Assembly (NCBI GenBank): GCA_043820105.1
Contig: JBDREC010000095.1
Span: 28,898 to 92,897 of the forward strand
Length of the DNA: 64,000 nucleotides
Direction: 5' to 3'
DNA from: Pseudomonadota bacterium
GTDB taxonomy: Bacteria > Bdellovibrionota_F > JAHFAK01 > JBDREC01
A program made the translations under genes and the position numbers. The notes under the pieces are model-generated. The model worked only from the letters and a program-made list of their open reading frames with translations, did not search any database and was not told the DNA's origin. Shown piece by piece: positions 15,967-25,400 of the stretch (positions are counted from its first letter, which is position 1; each line of letters opens with the position of its first letter).

Positions 15967-17286
15967 GTGAAAAAAACTGGATTTAATAAAATCTTTTTAA
16001 TAATCATTTTTTTCTTCCTATATCTTATAAAGTCACTAGTTTTCGCTCAAATGAACATTCCAGAAATTGATCAAGAGGCAGGATGCAAGTACTTATATGA
16101 CATAATTCTACTAACGAAAAGATATCACATAAATCAAAATGAATCCTGTTTCAATGCAGCTGCCTATGATGCATATTTCCAAGCAGTAATAGAGAATATA
16201 AAAGATATTCAATTACAAAATGAGATGCTGAGCACACTCGAAGAACCAGATGAAACTAACTGCTTATTATTGAAAACAGTCTACAATAACCACAAATTAT
16301 TTAATATGAATTCAAATCTAGAATTTGAAAATCTGATTTCAGCCTCCTTGGAAATTTACCTATCAAATCTAGATCCTTATTCAAAATATTATCACAATAT
16401 TGATTTTAATGAATATATTTCAAGAAAAGGTTTTTCTCTAATAAAGAGAAAACATGGATATGAAGTAAATTATATCAAAACAAGCTCACCGTTTAACCAA
16501 AAAATAAATATTGGTGATATAATTGTAAAAATAAATAATTATGATTGGTCTTCCTACACAAAAATCCAAATCAATAAATTAATTGAAGTGAGCATGGAAA
16601 GGGGACGTGTCCTGAATTTCCACATAAACAGAGCTGGAAACTTGATTGAGAACACTATAAAATTTCAAAAAAGAGCCTTACTAGATGGCAATTTTAACAA
16701 AGTAACAAAAGAAGCATATATAAAAATTCCATATTTCTATTCAGGTGTTGCTAATGAAGTCAAAAACCAGATAAGAAAACACAACAAAAGTGCAAAAAAA
16801 ATAACATTAGATCTGCGGGGCAATAGAGGTGGTATAATTGAAGATGCAATAGAAGTCGCTGATTTATTTATTAACCAAAAAGGCCATGAAAGAGATACTG
16901 TTTTATTGCTTTCCCTAATCAAGGGGCCTTTAGATGGAGATCATATAGCTGAATTAACATATGCCAGGGATAATGAAAAACTTACAAGTCTTCCACTAAG
17001 AGTCCTGGTGGATAAAAATACAGCCAGTAGTGCGGAAATACTAGCAGGTATTTTACAGTATTACAAAAGAGCTACAATAGTAGGATATAAATATGGAGAT
17101 GAAAATAAAATGACCACCTATGGTAAAGGCACAGTGCAAGATGTCTTTAATAAAATATCTTCTTTGAATCAAGAGACCTACTTTGGAACAATAACAATTA
17201 CCTCAGGTCAATATTATCTTCCATCTGGCAGATCAATAGATCAAGTTGGAATTACACCAGATATTATAGTGGAAATAGAAGAGTAA
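15967..17286 (+). CDS. S41-family (C-terminal processing/tail-specific-like) serine peptidase with PDZ-like region
   Basis: 439 aa with a GTG start and an N-terminal signal/anchor. LDLRGNRGG and VLVDKNTASSAEILAG motifs. Confidence 0.8.
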   Translation: MKKTGFNKIFLIIIFFFLYLIKSLVFAQMNIPEIDQEAGCKYLYDIILLTKRYHINQNESCFNAAAYDAYFQAVIENIKDIQLQNEMLSTLEEPDETNCLLLKTVYNNHKLFNMNSNLEFENLISASLEIYLSNLDPYSKYYHNIDFNEYISRKGFSLIKRKHGYEVNYIKTSSPFNQKINIGDIIVKINNYDWSSYTKIQINKLIEVSMERGRVLNFHINRAGNLIENTIKFQKRALLDGNFNKVTKEAYIKIPYFYSGVANEVKNQIRKHNKSAKKITLDLRGNRGGIIEDAIEVADLFINQKGHERDTVLLLSLIKGPLDGDHIAELTYARDNEKLTSLPLRVLVDKNTASSAEILAGILQYYKRATIVGYKYGDENKMTTYGKGTVQDVFNKISSLNQETYFGTITITSGQYYLPSGRSIDQVGITPDIIVEIEE

Positions 17287-17315
17287 AAATAAGAAAATAT
17301 AAAACATTGAAATGC

Positions 17316-17972
17316 TTACTCAGCGTCAGCTTGTGTTGCAAGAGGCAAATCACCAAGCAATTCTTCTTTCACAGCCCCAATTGTACTTTTTTTTGCTTCA
17401 CACTCAGTACATGCCACAGCTGCAATAGCAGTAACTTCAGATTCGTCTATTCTAACATCAAAAATATTATAAGGATCAATCAAGGCATCTGCCACCTTAT
17501 CAATTCGTGAAGCCATAGTTTCAATTCTGTCGCACACTGCGCGCCTTGAATCAAACTCTGCATTAAGAGCAGGCTTGTCTTGCAAAGCACTTTCAACCTG
17601 AGCTATACTTGCAGTACAACCTTCACCATTACAAAAACCCAGCTCAGATAAAACTTTTTCATTTATGTACCATTGCTTTCTGTCACAAACAGCCTGTATA
17701 GTCCTATCAGATTTGTCATTCATGATTTTGACTTGCCCTTCAATTTTTTCAACATATCGATCAAAACATTCTCTATTTGTTCTATACATTTCAAGAGTAT
17801 CTCTATCCCTGAAAAATGATTCTAGCATTCCAATTTTATTTTCAGTACCAGGATAATTTTCAAAAAAATCGCCATCTGGCACATTACAAGGCTTTCCTTG
17901 TGAACTTGCAAACAGATTAAAAGATAATACTAGACACCCTAATATTATAGAAATAAAGATAGATTTTATCAT
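17316..17972 (-). CDS. secreted cysteine-rich hypothetical protein
   Basis: 218 aa. Signal peptide MIKSIFISIILGCLVLSFNLFASS, ten Cys, no recognisable domain. Confidence 0.55.
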   Translation of the reverse strand: MIKSIFISIILGCLVLSFNLFASSQGKPCNVPDGDFFENYPGTENKIGMLESFFRDRDTLEMYRTNRECFDRYVEKIEGQVKIMNDKSDRTIQAVCDRKQWYINEKVLSELGFCNGEGCTASIAQVESALQDKPALNAEFDSRRAVCDRIETMASRIDKVADALIDPYNIFDVRIDESEVTAIAAVACTECEAKKSTIGAVKEELLGDLPLATQADAE

Positions 17973-18165
17973 GATTCCTCCAAAATAATAAGTTAATAAA
18001 GTAACTTATCCCACTTTCTTGTTTTTATACCATGAAAGAAATATGCCAAAAGTCACAAACGAAATTCTCTTCTTTTTTTCAGGCACTTACTGAAATCTGA
18101 AATGTTTTTTTATGTTAAAAGCGCTTATTTTTTGACCTTTTCTTACATTTTTTCTAAAAACCCTT

Positions 18166-19044
18166 ATGTTAAAAAATAAAAAGATTGCCATAATTGGAGC
18201 AGGACCTGCTGGAGTTTCATGCGCTATTCAACTTAAACGCCTGGGTTATGATCCTTTAATATTCGAAAAAGATATAATTGGTGGTTTATTAAACAGTGCC
18301 AATTCTGTTGAAAACTACCCTGGCTTTCATAAACCCATAAGTGGGCGGATATTGATAGACCAATTCAAAAAACATCTATCAAGGCTTAAAATAAAAATCA
18401 TCAAGGAAAAGATTATTGTTTGTAATTTTAAAAAAGATATTTTTCTAATTAAATCTGACATTAACACATACAATTGTGATAAACTAGTTATAGCCTCTGG
18501 AACTGAGGCAAAAAAAGCAGCTGCTATAATAAATGAAAACCTCGACAGAGTATATAATGAAGTTCTTCCTTTACTTAACAAAAAAAATAAAAAAATTGTT
18601 ATAATAGGAGCTTCAGATGCTGCCTTTGATTATGCTTTATCTTTACAAAAAAACAATGAAGTAATAATCCTTGGCAGAAGTCAAAAGCATAAATGCCTTG
18701 AATTGCTCCATGATAAAGTCCTTAAAGCAAAGAACGCACAATATTTAAATAATACAATCATAAAACAATTATCAAAAAAGAAAACTTATCTGCTTCTAAA
18801 TTGCCAAAATAAAAGCAAAACATTTAGCATTAAAGCTGATTATTTATTATTTGCCATAGGCAGAAAAGCAAAGCTTGATTTTTTATCTAAAACATTGAAT
18901 GAAACGAAATCAAAATTAATTAAAGAAAAAAAATTGTTTCTTATTGGAGATGTTAACAATGAACTCTACCGCCAATGTGCAATCGCAGTTGGTGATGGAA
19001 TCAAAGCGGCCATGGAGATCGACTTAAATGAAGGTATTTGCTAA
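18166..19044 (+). CDS. FAD-dependent pyridine nucleotide-disulfide oxidoreductase (thioredoxin-reductase-like, no CxxC seen)
   Basis: 292 aa. Dinucleotide fold IAIIGAGPAGVSCA, a second fold IVIIGASDAAFDYA, and C-terminal GDV...AVGDG. Confidence 0.7.
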   Translation: MLKNKKIAIIGAGPAGVSCAIQLKRLGYDPLIFEKDIIGGLLNSANSVENYPGFHKPISGRILIDQFKKHLSRLKIKIIKEKIIVCNFKKDIFLIKSDINTYNCDKLVIASGTEAKKAAAIINENLDRVYNEVLPLLNKKNKKIVIIGASDAAFDYALSLQKNNEVIILGRSQKHKCLELLHDKVLKAKNAQYLNNTIIKQLSKKKTYLLLNCQNKSKTFSIKADYLLFAIGRKAKLDFLSKTLNETKSKLIKEKKLFLIGDVNNELYRQCAIAVGDGIKAAMEIDLNEGIC

Positions 19045-19996
19045 ATCTGAAAATAAAAATCTTGCTACAGTATACTTGGCAGAATTTGAAAATAAAAAAC
19101 GAATTGAATTTGTTGAATCAATACAACCTCCTTTTTCAAGAGAGGAAAAATGGGTTTTAATTCTTTCCACATTATTTGGCTGTCCTGTTAATTGCCCGAT
19201 TTGTGATGCTTCACAAAGATATGAAGGCAAGTTATCAAAAGAACAAATTCTTGATCAAATAGATTACATGGTTAATCTAAGATATCCAAATAAAATTATT
19301 CCTGCAAAAAAATTAAAAATTCAATTCGCCAGAATGGGAGAACCCTCTTTTAACAAGAATGTACTTGAAGCGTTAAAGGCTCTTCCTGAAAGATACAATG
19401 CTCCTGGATTATTTCCATGCATATCAACAGTTGCACCTATTGGCACAGAAGAGTTTTTCGAACAATTAATTAAAATTAAAAATGCTTATTACAAAGGAAC
19501 TTTTCAACTCCAATTTTCAATACATTCTACAAACCAAGATCAAAGAGATAAGTTAATTCCAGTGAAAAAGTGGAGCTTTAATCATATAGTTAAATATTCA
19601 AATGAGTTTTGGACAGCAAAAGATAGAAAAATAACCCTAAATTTCGCGCTTTTAAATAATGTGGAAATTGATAGTAATGTTTTAAAAACCTTTTTTGATC
19701 CTGAAAAGTTTTTAATAAAAATTACCCCAATAAACCCAACATATAAAACTAAAGAAAACAATCTTGCTGATTCAATAAATTTTGGCTTTTCAATAGATCA
19801 AAACAACAAAATACAAACTGATAAAGTTAATTCACAAATTACTAAAATCAAAGAAGCTGGTTTTGATGTTATATTAAGCATTGGTGAACTGGAAGAAAAC
19901 CAGATTGGATCAAACTGTGGGCAATATCTTATCAGTCATTTAAACAACAAGAAAAATCTCGAATATGGATATAAACAAAAAATTAATGACATATAG
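19028..19996 (+). CDS. radical SAM protein, RlmN/Cfr-like core
   Basis: 322 aa. CPVNCPIC is a CX3CX2C cluster in an S.LFGC context, and FARMGEPSFNKNV resembles the RlmN GMGEPL motif. It overlaps the upstream flavoprotein gene by 17 nt. Confidence 0.6.
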   Translation: MKVFAKSENKNLATVYLAEFENKKRIEFVESIQPPFSREEKWVLILSTLFGCPVNCPICDASQRYEGKLSKEQILDQIDYMVNLRYPNKIIPAKKLKIQFARMGEPSFNKNVLEALKALPERYNAPGLFPCISTVAPIGTEEFFEQLIKIKNAYYKGTFQLQFSIHSTNQDQRDKLIPVKKWSFNHIVKYSNEFWTAKDRKITLNFALLNNVEIDSNVLKTFFDPEKFLIKITPINPTYKTKENNLADSINFGFSIDQNNKIQTDKVNSQITKIKEAGFDVILSIGELEENQIGSNCGQYLISHLNNKKNLEYGYKQKINDI

Positions 19997-20011
19997 TCCA
20001 AATTACAACTC

Positions 20012-20081
20012 ACGCCGTACGCTGTACGCCGTACGCTGTACACTAACTTACAGCTTACCACTTACAGCTTACAGCTTAAAC
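20012..20081. repeat. ten consecutive in-phase heptamers switching flavour (ACGCCGT/ACGCTGT to CTTACAG/CTTACCA)
   Basis: ACGCCGT ACGCTGT ACGCCGT ACGCTGT ACACTAA CTTACAG CTTACCA CTTACAG CTTACAG CTTAAAC. Positions 20012-20033 are the exact reverse complement of 32551-32572. Confidence 0.9.
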
Positions 20082-20095
20082 AAGAGGCAAATCCC

Positions 20096-20572
20096 ATGAA
20101 ACAAAATTACGAAAAAGAATGCTGTCCCAAATTTAATCCCGAACCCTGGAATGAAAAAGAAATCAACTGGGACAATAAAAAATTTCTTAAAGACAAAATC
20201 ACCTCAGTTTTTCACATTCCTTTAAATTTTGGTTCTGTAATGAAAAAGAACATGGAAAAAATGATCCAATGTGAAGCATGTAATGAAAACACCCTTTGGC
20301 TGACAGATGAAAGCAAGCTATTTGGAACTGACCTTTTTATTTCAACTGAAAAAGAAATTCCAGACACTGAAATTGAAACTATTTCTGGCGCATTTCTAAC
20401 AAAGGTTTTTGAAGGCCCTTATAAAGACGCAGGAAAATGGTGCGCCCAAATGAATGAATATGTAAAATCGCAAGGCAAAGAAGTGAAAAAGTTATATCAC
20501 TTCTATACAACTTGTCCAAAGTGTGCTAAAAAATATGGGAAAAATTATGCTGTTTTATTTGCTAAGGTTTGA
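20096..20572 (+). CDS. conserved-looking cysteine-containing hypothetical protein
   Basis: 158 aa with CCPKF, CEAC and CPKC motifs. No family name can be assigned confidently. Confidence 0.5.
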   Translation: MKQNYEKECCPKFNPEPWNEKEINWDNKKFLKDKITSVFHIPLNFGSVMKKNMEKMIQCEACNENTLWLTDESKLFGTDLFISTEKEIPDTEIETISGAFLTKVFEGPYKDAGKWCAQMNEYVKSQGKEVKKLYHFYTTCPKCAKKYGKNYAVLFAKV

Positions 20573-22874
20573 TTTTTTTAATCTTTGACCACTTAATTAT
20601 TTTTTCCTTTAAAACTTCAAATAAAATTGGCTTTATAATATAATCATTCATTCCTGATCTAAGGCTTTTTATTTTTACTTCTTCTTGAATGTCCGCTGAA
20701 AGAGCTATTATTGGTAACTCTGAAAACCCTGCTTCACGGATTCTCTTGCAAGCCTCAATTCCATTTCTGGTTGGCAAGTAAATATCCATTAATACCATGT
20801 CATATAAATTTTTTTCCACCATTTCAACGACTTCAATGCCATCTTTTGCAATATCAATTATACAATCAAGTCTTTGAAGCATCTCTTTAAGCAGAAAAGA
20901 GTTTGCCTTGTTATCTTCAGCAACTAGAATTTTTAAATTCTTTTCAGGCATTCCAAGGACATTATTTTCTTTGCGGTCACTACCTCGCTTTTTATTTAAA
21001 TTAAGACCTTTTCGCAACCTTATAGTAAAATAAAATTCACTTCCTTTGCCTATTTCAGAATTTATCTGAATTTCCCCCCCCATTAACTCAATTAAACTTT
21101 TTGTAATAGCAAGTCCCAAACCCGTTCCACCATATTTCCTGGTAATGGACATATCTCCTTGAGTAAAGCTATTAAAAATAATATCTTGTTTTTCTTTCGA
21201 CATTCCTATTCCGGTATCTTTAACAGAGATGGCGATAATGTATGCACCATCAGCACTTTTGGGATATTCTATTAAAGAACCCGTAATTGATATTTCACCT
21301 TTTGCAGTAAACTTTACAGCATTGCTCAGAAGGTTTAAAAATATCTGTTTTATTCTATTGGAATCGCCAAGTAAAACAGAAGGAATATTTGAATCTAAAT
21401 TAATTGTTATTTTAACTGTTCGGTCAATAATGCGAGCACTAATTATTTTAACAACAGATTCAATTACATGAAAAAGGTCAAACTCAATCATTTCAAGATC
21501 AATCTGTCTTGCTTCAATCTTTGAAATATCTAAAATATCATTAATTAAAGATAAAAGAATTTCACCGCTTCTATTAATAATCTCAACATATTCTCGCTGA
21601 TAATCAGACAACTTTGTATCAACTAGCAATTCTGAAAATCCAATAACTGAATTTAAGGGTGTCCTAATTTCATGTGACATTACAGCTAAAAATTCAGATT
21701 TTGCCTGGCTTGAAACTTCTGCGTGTTTTTTAGCTTCCAAAAGGGCTTTTTCCATCGTTTTTCTAAGGGTCAAATCCATTACAGCACCACGAAACCCCAT
21801 AAATGAGTTTTCAAGATCAAAATATGGTATGCCGCTCATAACAATCCAAACAAATGACCCATTTTTATGAACACCTAAAATTTCAAAATTCTGAAAAGAT
21901 TCCTTACGGTTTACTAAAGTAATTAAAAATTTACTTATAATGCTTTGATAGTCAGAATGAATGATTGATTTAAAATGCCTTCCCAAAAGCTCTCCTGGCT
22001 TATATCCCAAAATCTTTTCTACAACTGGACTAGAATAAACAAATTTACCATAGGTATTAATTTCCCAAATCCAAGTCATGAAATTATCTGACACATCCAG
22101 AAATCTTTGTTCACTATACTTCAATCTATCCAAAATTCTTTTTTGAGCTGAAATATCTTCAGCCACTTTTATATAATTTATTATTTTACCTTTTTTATTT
22201 TTCACAGGCGAAATAGAAGCAGATTCCCAATACGCCCCTCCAGTTTTCTTGCTATTATAAAACTCTCCCCTCCAAACATCTCCAGATGAAATTGTTTTCC
22301 ATAGTTTCTCATACTCTTCCCTTGGTTTATCTAAAGATTTAAAAATTCCGGGGTTTTTCCCCTTTACATCATCCAAATTAAAACCTGTAACTTTTGTAAA
22401 CTTTGGATTTATATATTCAATCCGTCCTTTTATATCAGTAATAACAATTAGGCTAGAGCTTTGTTCAACAGCTTGAGTAAGCTTGATCATTTGCTTTTCG
22501 ACATTGGCAAGATCAAGAACTTTATTAATCACAATATTTATTATTTTCAAATAATTTTGTTCGGAATCCTTTACTATATAGTCCGAAGCTCCCTTTTTCA
22601 GTGCCTTTACAGCAATCTCTTCTGATCCGAGGCCTGTGGTAAAAATAAAGGGTGTGTCATCTATGAATTCTACAATATCAAAAGCTGTGCCATCTTCTAA
22701 AATATAATCCAACAAAACAATATCAAACTTTCTATTAATAAGTTGTTTTTTTCCATCTTCAATTGAACTAGATATTGTTAAATTAAATGGTAATTTATTA
22801 TTTTCGATATATTTTTCTATTAAAAGTTGATCAAATTTATTATCTTCCAGAAGGAGAATTTCGATTTTTCCCAT
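20562..22874 (-). CDS. hybrid sensor histidine kinase (REC-PAS-PAS-HisKA-HATPase-REC)
   Basis: 770 aa. N-terminal receiver (LLEDN...DIVLLDY), two PAS-like segments, H-box AVMSHEIRTPLN, G-boxes DTGIGM and GGTGLGL, and a C-terminal receiver (ILVAEDN...DMVLMDI). Confidence 0.9.
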   Translation of the reverse strand: MGKIEILLLEDNKFDQLLIEKYIENNKLPFNLTISSSIEDGKKQLINRKFDIVLLDYILEDGTAFDIVEFIDDTPFIFTTGLGSEEIAVKALKKGASDYIVKDSEQNYLKIINIVINKVLDLANVEKQMIKLTQAVEQSSSLIVITDIKGRIEYINPKFTKVTGFNLDDVKGKNPGIFKSLDKPREEYEKLWKTISSGDVWRGEFYNSKKTGGAYWESASISPVKNKKGKIINYIKVAEDISAQKRILDRLKYSEQRFLDVSDNFMTWIWEINTYGKFVYSSPVVEKILGYKPGELLGRHFKSIIHSDYQSIISKFLITLVNRKESFQNFEILGVHKNGSFVWIVMSGIPYFDLENSFMGFRGAVMDLTLRKTMEKALLEAKKHAEVSSQAKSEFLAVMSHEIRTPLNSVIGFSELLVDTKLSDYQREYVEIINRSGEILLSLINDILDISKIEARQIDLEMIEFDLFHVIESVVKIISARIIDRTVKITINLDSNIPSVLLGDSNRIKQIFLNLLSNAVKFTAKGEISITGSLIEYPKSADGAYIIAISVKDTGIGMSKEKQDIIFNSFTQGDMSITRKYGGTGLGLAITKSLIELMGGEIQINSEIGKGSEFYFTIRLRKGLNLNKKRGSDRKENNVLGMPEKNLKILVAEDNKANSFLLKEMLQRLDCIIDIAKDGIEVVEMVEKNLYDMVLMDIYLPTRNGIEACKRIREAGFSELPIIALSADIQEEVKIKSLRSGMNDYIIKPILFEVLKEKIIKWSKIKKIKP

Positions 22875-22881
22875 GATCCCT

Positions 22882-23820
22882 TTAACCTTGTTTTGGATTG
22901 TATATTTTTTTCTTACTTAAAAAATAGAGGGCATAAAATACAAATACAGTAAGTAAACTACCAATTAAAACATCCCACACATAATGATGTCTTAAGTAGA
23001 TTGCTCCAAAATCAACCATTAATGTAAAGATTAGTGTAGCAACAAATAAATACCTATTTATGAAAAATGCAAAAAAAGTGATTAACAATGGATAAGCAGC
23101 ATGCAATGACGGCATAGCTCCAAACACATTGGCACTACGAGAATAAAACTGTGCAAAATAATTTATGCCTAAGAGCTCATCAAAACGAGCAGCTCCAGCG
23201 GCTGAGGGCAAGGCATCTAGCACAGCTGGCCCAAGACCATAACTCTCAATATACCAGGGAGGGGCGGCTGGATATAGAAAATATATTATCATACCGCAAA
23301 TATTTATGGCAAAGAATGACCAGGCAAGCTTTGAAAAACATACTTTATCTTTAAAATAAATAACAATTGCGAAAATAAAAACTTCCCAAATATAGAAAAG
23401 ATAAGCGAATCCACTCATTAAATCGAAAAAGACATTTGGGTTTTTACGAAAGAGCTCACATAAAATAATTTTTTCACCATTATATGTTATTCCAAAATAG
23501 CTTAGTTCAGCATAATAAATATCATCAACGTGAATTTCACCTCTATATACTTCAATAAATTGAAAGTATTCATAGCAAAAGCCAACAAGCCAGAACGGGA
23601 TCATATAAACGACAAACTTCCGAGTTTTTGGATGAGCATAACTAAGACCTAAGCACAAAAAGTCGGCAAAATAATGTTCCCATCTTAGACCAATCGCGAA
23701 ATGAGTAAGAAGCAGATGACCACCAAATAAAATTATTGGCCAAAACCTGTAAACAAATTCAGAGAATTTAGTTTTCTTTTTATCAAATTTTATATTATGA
23801 ATACTTGGAAAGTTAGTCAT
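22882..23820 (-). CDS. PAP2-superfamily membrane protein, inositol-phosphoceramide-synthase-like (PAP2_3-type)
   Basis: 312 aa and multi-TM. Motifs are PSLHAAY and RHHYVWDV (SxH and HxxxD of the PAP2 C2/C3 boxes). Confidence 0.6.
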   Translation of the reverse strand: MTNFPSIHNIKFDKKKTKFSEFVYRFWPIILFGGHLLLTHFAIGLRWEHYFADFLCLGLSYAHPKTRKFVVYMIPFWLVGFCYEYFQFIEVYRGEIHVDDIYYAELSYFGITYNGEKIILCELFRKNPNVFFDLMSGFAYLFYIWEVFIFAIVIYFKDKVCFSKLAWSFFAINICGMIIYFLYPAAPPWYIESYGLGPAVLDALPSAAGAARFDELLGINYFAQFYSRSANVFGAMPSLHAAYPLLITFFAFFINRYLFVATLIFTLMVDFGAIYLRHHYVWDVLIGSLLTVFVFYALYFLSKKKIYNPKQG

Positions 23821-23835
23821 TAAATATGCTCCATT

Positions 23836-24480
23836 TTAAGAATCTTCAAAATATTTTTTCTTATACCATTCTAAAAATTTCATAGCTTCTTCTTTACATT
23901 TACCACATCCTGTAGCGATTTTTGTTTGCTCTTGCAACTTTTCAAAATCTGTCGCTCCTTCTAAAACTGCTTCTTCTATATCTTTGTTTGTTACACCCAT
24001 ACATTCACACACGACTTTTCCAATTGTCTCTGTGATTCTATTGGCCTGATCAGATTTCTTAAAATAATTATTAATTGCAGCCCTTAAAGCTTTATCACCA
24101 AGCACAGAACAATGTATTTTCCTGTCTGGCAAACCTCCAAGTTCTTTTAAAATATCTTTTGGTTGTATTTTCAAAGCATCCTCAAGCCTCATGCCGCCAT
24201 CTTTGGTAACCATCTCAGATAACATAGAAGTTGATCCAATTGCACTAGCACAACCAAAGGTTCTCCACTTACAATCTATTATTTTATCATTTTCTTTATC
24301 TACTTTAATCCAAACCTTCATCATATCACCGCAGGCAGGATTTCCAACATAACCAATGCCATCAGCTTTATATTCATCCTCTTCATCTTTCATAATGTTT
24401 CGAGGATTAAAAAAATGATCCTTAACTTTATCAGAATAAAGCCATGAAGAAGGTTTTGTCGTTTCTTTGATATTTTCCAT
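23836..24480 (-). CDS. nifU: NifU-type Fe-S cluster scaffold (IscU-like domain plus BFD-like 2Fe-2S domain)
   Basis: 214 aa. GNPACGDMMKVWIKV, WRTFGCASAIGS and CECMGVTNKDIEEAV...GCGKC. Confidence 0.8.
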   Translation of the reverse strand: MENIKETTKPSSWLYSDKVKDHFFNPRNIMKDEEDEYKADGIGYVGNPACGDMMKVWIKVDKENDKIIDCKWRTFGCASAIGSTSMLSEMVTKDGGMRLEDALKIQPKDILKELGGLPDRKIHCSVLGDKALRAAINNYFKKSDQANRITETIGKVVCECMGVTNKDIEEAVLEGATDFEKLQEQTKIATGCGKCKEEAMKFLEWYKKKYFEDS

Positions 24481-24630
24481 TAATAAAGTCCTAATTATTT
24501 GTTGTTATATTATTTTACAATTTACAACTAATAATAAGCCCCATTAAAGTAGTCAAGTAAAGAAAACAAGACCTTAAGTATATTCTTAATCATTGACGGA
24601 AGCGAAATATTATGCTTTATTAGTCAGATT

Positions 24631-25398
24631 ATGAAAAAAATAGCAGCTTTAAAAACATTTATTGTAAGCTTTTCCATCATTCTGGCATTTTCTTTAATTT
24701 TAAGCACCTGCACTAAGAAAAATAACAAACAAACCTCAAATGATGATGCAAAAGTTTCTGAGCTTGATAAAAAGAAAAAAATAATGATTGAAAGACAGCT
24801 CAAGTCACGTGGAATAAAAGATGAAAAAGTACTTAAGGCAATGGAAAAAGTTCCCAGGCATTTTTTTGTAGCAGATGACATGAAAAACCTGGCTTATAGC
24901 GATTCTCCACTTCCCATTGGCTTTGATCAAACGATTAGCCAACCATATGTTGTGGCTTTTATGACAGAAGCAGCTCAAGTTAAAGAAAATGATATTGTCC
25001 TGGAAATCGGCACTGGCTCAGGTTATCAGGCCGCTGTTTTATCAGAGCTTGCTAAAGAAGTTTATACAATTGAAATATTAGAAGGGCTTGGTAAACAAGC
25101 CAAACAAACTTTAAATGAATTAAATTATAAAAATGTTCATGTGCGCGTTGGTGATGGCTATAAGGGCTGGCCAGAAAAAGCTCCATTTGATGTTATTTTA
25201 GTAACAGCTGCCCCAGATCACATTCCACAACCTCTTATTGAGCAACTTAAAATCGGCGGAAAAATTGTAATGCCTGTTGGTGAAAAAAATCAAATCTTAA
25301 AAAGAATCACAAAAACAAAAAATGGTCTTTCAGAAGAGTCTCTATCTCAGATTTACTTTGTTCCAATGACAGGTGAAGCTCAGGAAAAAAACAAATAA
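24631..25398 (+). CDS. pcm: protein-L-isoaspartate O-methyltransferase with N-terminal export/lipoprotein-like signal
   Basis: 255 aa. QTISQPYVVAFMTE and LEIGTGSGYQAAVL match PIMT. The N-terminal MKKIAALKTFIVSFSIILAFSLILSTC is a signal sequence with a lipobox-like LSTC. Confidence 0.85.
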   Translation: MKKIAALKTFIVSFSIILAFSLILSTCTKKNNKQTSNDDAKVSELDKKKKIMIERQLKSRGIKDEKVLKAMEKVPRHFFVADDMKNLAYSDSPLPIGFDQTISQPYVVAFMTEAAQVKENDIVLEIGTGSGYQAAVLSELAKEVYTIEILEGLGKQAKQTLNELNYKNVHVRVGDGYKGWPEKAPFDVILVTAAPDHIPQPLIEQLKIGGKIVMPVGEKNQILKRITKTKNGLSEESLSQIYFVPMTGEAQEKNK

Positions 25399-25400
25399 CA

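Noticed and set aside
18033-18048. Minus-strand TGGCAT-ATTTC-TTTCA upstream of the Cys-rich protein gene
   Set aside because: The conserved G of the -12 GC is missing. It was not counted as a sigma-54 promoter.
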